A stretch of DNA of 25,896 nucleotides, taken from IMG/VR virus record IMGVR_UViG_3300049182_000102, positions 1-25,896 of that record. One strand, written 5' to 3'. Shown in pieces: positions 18,090 through 24,718 of this stretch. Both the position numbers and the translations under genes were made by a program. Within the stretch, counting starts at the first letter, position 1. Each line of letters opens with the position of its first letter. The DNA comes from a virus (lineage: Duplodnaviria > Caudoviricetes). The notes below the pieces were generated by a model that was not told where the DNA came from, made no database searches, and saw only the letters and a list, made by a program, of their open reading frames with translations.

Positions 18090-18347
18090 TTAAGGAAATT
18101 GTTTACCCAATTTATCTTTCAACTTCTGCACATCCTTAGGATGACAGATAATAGTGCGTTCCAGTTTTAAGAAAAACACTTGACCTTCAGGCACTACGCA
18201 AGCATACCCAAAGAAATCTGCCATCCATGCATTAATTTCAGCACGAAATTCCGGTGTAACAGGAACCTTCTCAGATAACTGCATCTTAGGATACGTCTGG
18301 CCCGCGACAATTGAGTAGCCGTTTAAGACGAACGGTGGATTAAACAT
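18090..18347 (-). CDS. Hypothetical protein
   Basis: 85 aa; PKMQLS..VPVTPEFRAEINAWM..FFG. Confidence 0.7.
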   Translation of the reverse strand: MFNPPFVLNGYSIVAGQTYPKMQLSEKVPVTPEFRAEINAWMADFFGYACVVPEGQVFFLKLERTIICHPKDVQKLKDKLGKQFP

Positions 18348-18352
18348 TTTGA

Positions 18353-18562
18353 TTAAATGGTTGGTGAACGGCCTGGACGGTAAGGAATGTTAAGTGGCAA
18401 ATCTTGATGACCACACTGCATGCAGGTGAAGCCAACGCACCTCCATCCGTTCGGGTATTTGGTGCGGTGCTGGATGCTATAGTAAGTCTGCTCCATAATC
18501 AAGAAGAAATCTTGTGCCAATGGTTTGCGACAATAGTGGCAATTAGGTGCTTGTGTTGTCAT
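18353..18562 (-). CDS. Small zinc-ribbon protein
   Basis: MTTQAPNCHYC...CMQC, the 3' part of ORF 18353..18739. Confidence 0.55.
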   Translation of the reverse strand: MTTQAPNCHYCRKPLAQDFFLIMEQTYYSIQHRTKYPNGWRCVGFTCMQCGHQDLPLNIPYRPGRSPTI

Positions 18563-18642
18563 TTTTGTTTTGTGATCATGCAGCCAAATGCAAATCCAGT
18601 CCAGAATAGGGCCTGTACAGCTAGAAATATAAAGGTTGCCAT
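18559..18642 (-). CDS. 27-aa hydrophobic peptide (not in ORF track)
   Basis: MATFIFLAVQALFWTGFAFGCMITKQK; TAATG overlap upstream and ATGA overlap downstream. Confidence 0.5.
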   Translation of the reverse strand: MATFIFLAVQALFWTGFAFGCMITKQK

Positions 18643-19517
18643 TATTTATTCTCAAGATAAGCAAGCGGCTTAATTGTAAAGCCTTGTTTCTCCCACTTAT
18701 CTGCTTCTTCCTTACTGAATGTAGCATGCATCTCGCCACCGCACTTATAGGCCCATGCTACCGGAACTTTCGCTGCCTCTACCTGCTGCGCTGGTGCTTG
18801 CTCAGCCTGCTCTTTTAAAGCTTTGATCTCATCCTGCAAGTTGGTGGTAAACAATGCAATATCGTCTTCCCACTTACCGGAATCAGACTTGCAATTCATA
18901 CCAATAGCTTTACAATGGCTATAGAGCCACGATAGCTCTTTTGGAGGTAAGTGTTTTGCTTCAGGTTTAATCACTGTGGATACAGCGGATGTTGAGCGTC
19001 CATAGTTAAGACCGTTGAACCAAGCACCGCGCAAAGCGCCTCCAGGCTGCATGTCAGCAGGAGTGGAAGGTGTTTCTGCATAACTCTTATAGGCTGCTTC
19101 GTCCGCGCTTTGTTCATTCAACTTCAAAGCACCTTCAAAGTCGCCAGCGTTTACACAACGATTAATTGCCTTATCCAGTTGGTGTTGCGTAGGATAGCAC
19201 GGTTCGGAAAGTTCACATTCAGCTTTACCGCACACTTTGCACAGTCCAAGAACATGTTTGGCTGTCATATTCCTATTACACATATTAAATTCGGTGCAAT
19301 AATTAGGTGTATCGCAACCGGAGCATAGTTCAACGTTTGCTGAAAATTTTTGTCCAACTCGCGGCTGTGTGGTTATCTCACCTGTCTTTACATTAAGACG
19401 AACGCGAGTTGCACCACGGATCTCAACTGTATCAGGCGGCAAGTTGGGATCAACTGTGATTTGGAGTCCACCGAAGAAGCTGTGAGGTGGTATTTTAATT
19501 GAGTAAGCCTTGTCCAT
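18642..19517 (-). CDS. Hypothetical mosaic protein with Cys clusters
   Basis: 291 aa; CSGC, CKVC and C-terminal PVAW...IKPL motif. Confidence 0.7.
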   Translation of the reverse strand: MDKAYSIKIPPHSFFGGLQITVDPNLPPDTVEIRGATRVRLNVKTGEITTQPRVGQKFSANVELCSGCDTPNYCTEFNMCNRNMTAKHVLGLCKVCGKAECELSEPCYPTQHQLDKAINRCVNAGDFEGALKLNEQSADEAAYKSYAETPSTPADMQPGGALRGAWFNGLNYGRSTSAVSTVIKPEAKHLPPKELSWLYSHCKAIGMNCKSDSGKWEDDIALFTTNLQDEIKALKEQAEQAPAQQVEAAKVPVAWAYKCGGEMHATFSKEEADKWEKQGFTIKPLAYLENK

Positions 19518-20221
19518 TATTCACCTTTCAATTGCTTAAAGATGTTTTCTTCGATCTTGCGCACAATTTGGACTGCTTGGGCAAACGTTATTTCATAGTT
19601 GCCATTGTAGTTGAAGCAATTGCTTTTGAACAAAAAGAGAATATTGTTCTCATTCATCGGTTTGGAAGCTGCAAGCTTAATCTGTTCAGCTAATGGGTCA
19701 GCTTGCTTTGACTTAATTTCGTTTGTCAAGTCGCAAATTTGCTTTGACAAAGCATCTCTCATGTCCAGGATGTCGTGTGTAAGAGAGGTTAGGGTTGTTC
19801 GCCTGCTTTCTTCAATCCTTGTAACAAGATCGTTATGCACGCTGTGGATAACATGTCGAACTTCATTTGAAGTTGTATAGTCAGGTATCGAGCGAGTTGC
19901 AATACGAGCTTGGTCTTGGGCGTCTTGTTGCTTTTGGGCACGAAGGGCCTTGGGTGTCTTATTAACCACACTCACCAATGCCTTCATGTCGAAGTCGGTT
20001 GGTTGAATATGCTGTTCGTAAACATTGGTATGTACCGGCGTACCTTGCATCACACCGTTGTTGTTAAAGAAGCGATGAACTTCTGCAACGCGGATGCTGT
20101 AAGAGACAAGTTTGTAATTGCCATTAGGTTGTGGTGTTGGAGACTTTTGAGTTTCGTCAGTGATTCGACGGCTGTTTTCATCAGGTGTAATTTTAATGTT
20201 TGGCTTGTAGATGTTGTCCAT
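19517..20221 (-). CDS. Hypothetical protein
   Basis: 234 aa; AAGGAG SD; helical C-terminal half. Confidence 0.7.
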   Translation of the reverse strand: MDNIYKPNIKITPDENSRRITDETQKSPTPQPNGNYKLVSYSIRVAEVHRFFNNNGVMQGTPVHTNVYEQHIQPTDFDMKALVSVVNKTPKALRAQKQQDAQDQARIATRSIPDYTTSNEVRHVIHSVHNDLVTRIEESRRTTLTSLTHDILDMRDALSKQICDLTNEIKSKQADPLAEQIKLAASKPMNENNILFLFKSNCFNYNGNYEITFAQAVQIVRKIEENIFKQLKGE

Positions 20222-20243
20222 TTGATGCTCCTTATTAAGATTG

Positions 20244-20444
20244 TTAGTGAGTTACGGTAACGGTGATTGGGGAGATGTAGTATGCTGTACTGAAGCCTGC
20301 GATAGTGAGTATGATGAGGATAATTATAATTGCATAGTCCAACCAATTGGGCTTAAACACAATAGCCATTTGAAACATGATAAATATGGAAATAAGCGGC
20401 ACGAAGGACAACAGCAAGACTATGATGGCAATAAGTGTGGACAT
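20244..20444 (-). CDS. Small two-helix membrane protein
   Basis: Two long hydrophobic runs; GAGGA SD. Confidence 0.6.
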   Translation of the reverse strand: MSTLIAIIVLLLSFVPLISIFIMFQMAIVFKPNWLDYAIIIILIILTIAGFSTAYYISPITVTVTH

Positions 20445-20446
20445 AA

Positions 20447-20647
20447 TTATAGTTCCTCTACTTTGTAGGCGTAAACGTTGTGGTCTTTGAGACGTTGGGA
20501 CACAGGGAGTCGTACTTTGGTGATACGGTAGGACGGGAGAGGCAAGGGATTGCAGATAACCACACTATCGTTGAGTGTTGGTACAAGGTCGGTGAATTTG
20601 AGGATCTCTTGGCGGGTGTATGTACCAAGTTTGATGGTGATTAGCAT
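20447..20647 (-). CDS. Hypothetical protein, first gene of the left arm
   Basis: 66 aa; AAGGA upstream. Confidence 0.55.
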   Translation of the reverse strand: MLITIKLGTYTRQEILKFTDLVPTLNDSVVICNPLPLPSYRITKVRLPVSQRLKDHNVYAYKVEEL

Positions 20648-20721
20648 GTCTTACATTCCTTGGACAGGAGTTATTAAAACTTATCCTTGAGGTATAAGGT
20701 TTGGGTATTGCTGTAGGGTAT

Positions 20722-20750
20722 ATTATGCGCTGGAAAATTGTCTGTTGCAA
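20722..20750 (-). promoter_or_regulatory. Leftward sigma70-like promoter
   Basis: Minus strand TTGCAA-N17-CATAAT at the head of the left arm. Confidence 0.55.
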
Positions 20751-20839
20751 TAGAAATGTTGCATCTATTATGATTTGTTGGTGAGTAGATATTATAGGGT
20801 TGTATAAGTTGGGACATGATAGGTGATTTTAAAATTTAT

Positions 20840-20853
20840 GGGGGGGGGGGGGG
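20840..20853 (+). repeat. G14 homopolymer
   Basis: 14 consecutive G in the divergent intergenic region. Confidence 0.9.
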
Positions 20854-21024
20854 TAGGTATTAAAATAGAGGCTATAAGTTTTGCTCGGGCTCTTTATGAT
20901 AGCTGATGGGCAGAGGTGGAAAAGGTCGCTACGGTAGGCCGCGCTTACCTTAGAACAATGGCTTTGAGGCAATTCATTTACGCCCAGAAACATAAACATT
21001 ACCTGCCAGCAAGATGCATACAGT

Positions 21025-21053
21025 TTGCGCAAACGCAAACGCGATGCTATACT
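21025..21053 (+). promoter_or_regulatory. Rightward sigma70-like early promoter
   Basis: TTGCGC-N17-TATACT with an extended -10 TG. The -35 lies inside the palindrome GTTTGCG-CAAA-CGCAAAC. Confidence 0.7.
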
Positions 21054-21162
21054 ATACGCTATACTGTAGTTAAGCAGTAAGCAGTAGCAGTAAGTAACAG
21101 CAGCAAGTAGTAGCAGTACCGTAAAGCAACATTACCTTAACCCAACTTACATAGGTGCAATT

Positions 21163-21636
21163 ATGGCAAAGCAGCAAAACCAACAAGCTAACAACGTTAG
21201 CAACGAGCAAGTAGTTACCGCAGCACAAACCTTGCGTGCGCGCAGGGTAGCAGCAGTGCAACAAGCATTGTATGCACAACGCATTGCAGCAAAGCAAGCT
21301 AAGTACACTGCAGCAGTAGCAGCATATAATGACGCACAGCAAAAGCTTGCACAGCAGGCAGCATTTAATGCAGCAGTTGCTGAGCTGCATGCTAAGTTTG
21401 GTATTGCAGTACAACCCGTTGCACCGCGTGCTAACAGTGCTACTACTGCACCTAGTGCAAGCGCAATAAACGTAAATGGTGTGTTGCTTAAGCCGGTAGC
21501 AGCAGTGCATGCTATTTGCGCAGCTAACCCCAACGCTACACGCAAGCAAGTTATTGCAGCATGCATACAAGCTGGTATTAACCCTGCTACGGCTGCAACG
21601 CAATACGGTGTATACAAGCAAAAGCATGCACAGTAG
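21163..21636 (+). CDS. Ala/Gln-rich basic protein (coiled coil plus small helical, possibly DNA-binding, domain) encoded almost without GA/TC
   Basis: 157 aa; TAGGTG SD; upstream promoter; TAG-TAA stops; C-terminal KPVAAVHAIC...RKQVIAACIQAGINPATAATQY. Confidence 0.8.
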   Translation: MAKQQNQQANNVSNEQVVTAAQTLRARRVAAVQQALYAQRIAAKQAKYTAAVAAYNDAQQKLAQQAAFNAAVAELHAKFGIAVQPVAPRANSATTAPSASAINVNGVLLKPVAAVHAICAANPNATRKQVIAACIQAGINPATAATQYGVYKQKHAQ

Positions 21637-21652
21637 TAATGTGTAACGTATA

Positions 21653-21719
21653 GCACTAGCATACACTGCTAGTGCGTACGTATAAGCATGCTATACTGTA
21701 GTGTGCTTATACGTAGCAC
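21653..21719. other. Tandem hairpins downstream of the 157-aa gene
   Basis: GCACTAGCA/TGCTAGTGC (21653-21675) and TACGTATAAGCA/TGCTTATACGTA (21677-21715). Confidence 0.75.
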
Positions 21720-21748
21720 GTAGTAACCACTTAACTAGGAGGACAATA

Positions 21749-21877
21749 ATGTTTATTATTGACACGTCTGTCACATGGGAATTGCACCCGGAATTTGAAC
21801 GTTGGGCTGACGAAGCGGAACCGTGTTTTGACAATGCTGGTGCAAGGGACTACTTTGCAATGCAGTGCATGATGTAA
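21749..21877 (+). CDS. 42-aa acidic protein (not in ORF track)
   Basis: AGGAGG SD; MFIIDTSVTWELHPEFERWADEAEPCFDNAGARDYFAMQCMM. Confidence 0.7.
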   Translation: MFIIDTSVTWELHPEFERWADEAEPCFDNAGARDYFAMQCMM

Positions 21878-21884
21878 AGTACCG

Positions 21885-21916
21885 CTAATAACCACTTGGC
21901 AACAGGTGGTTATTGG
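21885..21916. other. Intergenic hairpin
   Basis: AATAACCACTTG-GCAA-CAGGTGGTTATT (GNRA loop). Confidence 0.7.
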
Positions 21917-21952
21917 ATGCGCTTTGCATCTACTCAACCATAGGGATTTATC

Positions 21953-22150
21953 ATGAGCAACACTACGAACAACGACGATCTGTACGCAAGCGACACAATA
22001 CCAGATAGCGAGACAGTAACTATTGCCTTCCGTGTACCGAAAGAACTTCGTACTAAATTCAACGAATTGTGCGAATCACGAAACGTTGAAGTTTCCAAAG
22101 TGCTCCGTCGCTTTATCGAGCGCGAAATTAAGGCTGCTCAACAAAGCTGA
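21953..22150 (+). CDS. Ribbon-helix-helix (CopG/Arc-like) DNA-binding protein
   Basis: TVTIAFRVPKELRTKFNELC....VSKVLRRFI pattern. Confidence 0.85.
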   Translation: MSNTTNNDDLYASDTIPDSETVTIAFRVPKELRTKFNELCESRNVEVSKVLRRFIEREIKAAQQS

Positions 22151-22189
22151 TAACCACACTACAGCGGCACTTGCCGCGGAGGAATAATC

Positions 22190-22339
22190 ATGTTTATTAC
22201 TCAACAATGCATACCAGAAACTGGCGATGGTTACAATCCAGATTTCTTCGATGCAATGCTCGCTCATGAATTGGACGAGTTTTGGCTGAACGGGATTAAT
22301 CTTTCCAACGACACGTTTTTCGTCTATCTCATGTTTTAA
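22190..22339 (+). CDS. 49-aa acidic protein (not in ORF track)
   Basis: GGAGGA SD; MFITQQCIPETGDGYNPDFFDAMLAHELDEFWLNGINLSNDTFFVYLMF; contains no Lys or Arg. Confidence 0.7.
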   Translation: MFITQQCIPETGDGYNPDFFDAMLAHELDEFWLNGINLSNDTFFVYLMF

Positions 22340-22348
22340 GGAATTATC

Positions 22349-22558
22349 ATGGCTCTTACTGAAAATCAACAGATACTCATTAAAGGTCTTATTGAGTATT
22401 ACTCAGATCCTTCCGAAGAAACTGGTGCAGGACCAGGCTACGAAACAGCCGAAGGTTGCCTTTCTGCAATCGCAGTTAAGTGCGAATATACAGCAAACAG
22501 CTTGTCTAACTTGCTTGAAATCATCGCACTGGCTCAATTGGCTATTAGCAAGATTTAA
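22349..22558 (+). CDS. Hypothetical acidic protein
   Basis: 69 aa; TAAGGA SD. Confidence 0.75.
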   Translation: MALTENQQILIKGLIEYYSDPSEETGAGPGYETAEGCLSAIAVKCEYTANSLSNLLEIIALAQLAISKI

Positions 22559-22567
22559 GGAACTATC

Positions 22568-22759
22568 ATGACAAAAGAGCAAGCAGATGAAATGTACGGT
22601 AAGAAAGTACACGAAGACAAAGAATTCGTTGTTCGTGTAAAAGTCGACCAGCAGGGTAAGCTTAAAGTTTATGCACATCGTGTCTATAATGGAACTGAGC
22701 TTCTCCCGCACGGATACATGTTGGGCATCAATGCTCTGATTATGGAATCGCAGAAGTGA
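22568..22759 (+). CDS. Hypothetical protein
   Basis: 63 aa; TAAGGA SD. Confidence 0.75.
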   Translation: MTKEQADEMYGKKVHEDKEFVVRVKVDQQGKLKVYAHRVYNGTELLPHGYMLGINALIMESQK

Positions 22760-22956
22760 TTGCAACCGTTTTAAAGCGTGGGCATTGCATTTAAACGCTA
22801 GGGTATAGCTAACCCTTACCCTAGCACCGCAAACGCAACCTAGCACCCTTGCCGTAAGTTTAAACCGCATTACCAGCAACACCAAAGCACAACAAACGCA
22901 CCAATGTATTCAAATTGTTGCTTCTTTAATAATTCAATCACGAATGGAGCAAAATC

Positions 22957-23115
22957 ATGCAATATAAGTTCAAACAAGCACCTTGGGCAACCTACCAAGC
23001 CAGCATTATCAAAGGCAAGTTTTACCTTGTCTGTCTCTTCCACATTGTCATACTTACACAGGATGAACTCAACTTCCTGTTGGCAGTAGGCAAGCTGGAT
23101 CGTGTTATTAACTAA
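22957..23115 (+). CDS. 52-aa hypothetical protein (not in ORF track)
   Basis: GGAG SD; MQYKFKQAPWATYQASIIKGKFYLVCLFHIVILTQDELNFLLAVGKLDRVIN. Confidence 0.6.
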   Translation: MQYKFKQAPWATYQASIIKGKFYLVCLFHIVILTQDELNFLLAVGKLDRVIN

Positions 23116-23148
23116 ATTGCTGACAAATACTAAGAAGGAGTTCACTTC

Positions 23149-23247
23149 ATGATCCCTATCATCGTTGGCTACCTTATCGCCTACATCCTTGTTGTCGCTT
23201 TTCTGCTTCTATTCATTAAAGGTGCAGGAACTTGCGAGCAAAGTTGA
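23149..23247 (+). CDS. 32-aa single-pass membrane peptide (not in ORF track)
   Basis: AAGGAG SD; MIPIIVGYLIAYILVVAFLLLFIKGAGTCEQS. Confidence 0.65.
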   Translation: MIPIIVGYLIAYILVVAFLLLFIKGAGTCEQS

Positions 23248-23390
23248 TGTTTGCGCTAACGCAAACCGTTAGCGCTAGATGTGCTATACAGTAAAGCTTG
23301 CAGTACCAGCTAAACAAAATCACCAGTGTTAGCATCTATCCGGGTGCTAACGCGGGTAATTTCGCCCGGCAACCTGTTAAGGAGTGACAA

Positions 23391-23774
23391 ATGATCAATA
23401 CTCGTACCGATGCTATCAACTTCCTCAAGTCCCAAGATGGTTTCAATGAGGCCATGGCGAAAGTTATCGTGAATGAGTGCTTCAACCTCGCACCCAACAC
23501 GGACAATGATGACAAAATGCGTCATCCCGACGGCACCATCGTGCAGATGGAAGAAAAAGAACTGCGCGAACTCTACGAGCACATGATTCTCGAAGAGATT
23601 GATGTCGAAGGTGACTACATCACCGTGCTGGACGAGCGCAAGTACAACCTCAACGGCGACATTGCGTTAATGCCCACACTCGAGCCTGAGCCTGTCGCAG
23701 CTGAGGGTGCAACTGGAACTGCTGAGCAGCCTGCAGCAACTGATGGTGCAGAAAAGAAAGAAAATTATGAATAA
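23391..23774 (+). CDS. Highly acidic protein
   Basis: TAAGGAG SD; about 29 D/E versus 11 K/R in 127 aa (hand count); high-expression codons. Confidence 0.8.
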   Translation: MINTRTDAINFLKSQDGFNEAMAKVIVNECFNLAPNTDNDDKMRHPDGTIVQMEEKELRELYEHMILEEIDVEGDYITVLDERKYNLNGDIALMPTLEPEPVAAEGATGTAEQPAATDGAEKKENYE

Positions 23775-23979
23775 CAAACTTGAAACAACTGATCTGGCAG
23801 CGCTTGTTGCTGGTCATATGAGCAAAGATCAATTGTTGAAATTGATTCGCGCACTTGAAGAAACAAGTGAACCAATTAGCGTTCAGACAGCAGGTGTCCT
23901 TTCTGATAATGCTAATCGCGAAGCAATTCGATTGCTCAAAGATGGCTTCTACAGTTGGACCGGCGAGCACTTGGAATAA
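23767..23979 (+). CDS. Hypothetical protein
   Basis: Start MNNKLETT overlaps the end of the previous gene. Confidence 0.65.
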   Translation: MNNKLETTDLAALVAGHMSKDQLLKLIRALEETSEPISVQTAGVLSDNANREAIRLLKDGFYSWTGEHLE

Positions 23980-24033
23980 TCACACTACGGCGTCGCTTGC
24001 TCTGCAGGTGGCGCCTACTTTAGGAGATTTATC

Positions 24034-24198
24034 ATGTCCAAAGAATACCAACTTGGTCTGCAACACGCTCTTGAAGGGACTTCGTTTATGAAGAACCAGA
24101 CACGCTATACGACACTGCGTGACCAAATCGAATACAACCACGGTTACATCGCCGGTCTGAGGAAGAAATTCGGGTTCGTGAAAAGAGCTGCAGTATGA
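24034..24198 (+). CDS. 54-aa hypothetical protein (not in ORF track)
   Basis: TAGGAG SD; MSKEYQLGLQHALEGTSFMKNQTRYTTLRDQIEYNHGYIAGLRKKFGFVKRAAV. Confidence 0.7.
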   Translation: MSKEYQLGLQHALEGTSFMKNQTRYTTLRDQIEYNHGYIAGLRKKFGFVKRAAV

Positions 24199-24255
24199 TG
24201 ACCACACTAATGCTCGGCTTCCACTACGTTCCTAACTATTTGTAGGAGATTGACG

Positions 24256-24447
24256 ATGAAAAAGCTAATTTTGATAGGTTGGTTAGCTGGATTTGCTGTG
24301 TATTTGCATCTGAAAGATGGGAAGCAAACTCAGGATGTAAATAAAGTCGTGAAGGAGCCTGTAAAAGAAGAAAAAGAAGAGTGCAAGTATGCGGAGATAC
24401 ATGCACCACCATACAAAAGTGTCGGTGACAGATGTAAAGGAGAATAA
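24256..24447 (+). CDS. Small protein with N-terminal signal/anchor
   Basis: TAGGAG SD; MKKLILIGWLAGFAVYL...; two C-terminal Cys. Confidence 0.65.
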   Translation: MKKLILIGWLAGFAVYLHLKDGKQTQDVNKVVKEPVKEEKEECKYAEIHAPPYKSVGDRCKGE

Positions 24448-24460
24448 CCACACTACACAA

Positions 24461-24490
24461 GCGGCGTCAACTTGGCGCCGTTTTTATTTT
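24461..24490 (+). terminator. Intrinsic terminator ending the early operon
   Basis: CGGCGTCAA-C-TTGGCGCCG followed by TTTTTATTTT. Confidence 0.8.
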
Positions 24491-24718
24491 GGGAGTGGTT
24501 TCGTGATAGTAATAGGGTCGTGAAGCGCAAAAATGCGTAAATTGTGAATTTACTGCATTAATTATCAGTGTAAACCGACAAATTTATGCGTTAAGAAAAT
24601 AAATATTGGGTTTTTGAGCGATTATTTGCACCGCATTACCTTATAAAACAAGGGTTTAAGTACATCTTCATACTGCTGTAGTAAATTAAAAGTTTAAACC
24701 AGACAATAATTGATAGAG

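Larger units (their letters stand above)
656..24453. repeat. Dispersed 9-mer TAACCACAC (at least 12 exact copies)
   Basis: Plus strand at 656, 2653, 7409, 11194, 12471, 16017, 19963, 20557, 22151, 24445; minus strand at 1329 and 19367. Confidence 0.85.

Noticed and set aside
20244-20444. Holin call for the two-TM protein
   Set aside because: No endolysin or spanin genes nearby and no charged C-terminal tail.
21070-21666. Two Cys-rich minus-strand ORFs (198 and 171 aa)
   Set aside because: By-products of GCA-rich codons and the absence of TCA (so no antisense TGA). The promoter and SD support the plus-strand gene.
21653-24456. Possible CRISPR array or tRNA among the hairpins and repeats
   Set aside because: Repeats are only 9-14 nt, irregularly spaced and separated by genes. 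No cloverleaf or T-loop consensus was found.
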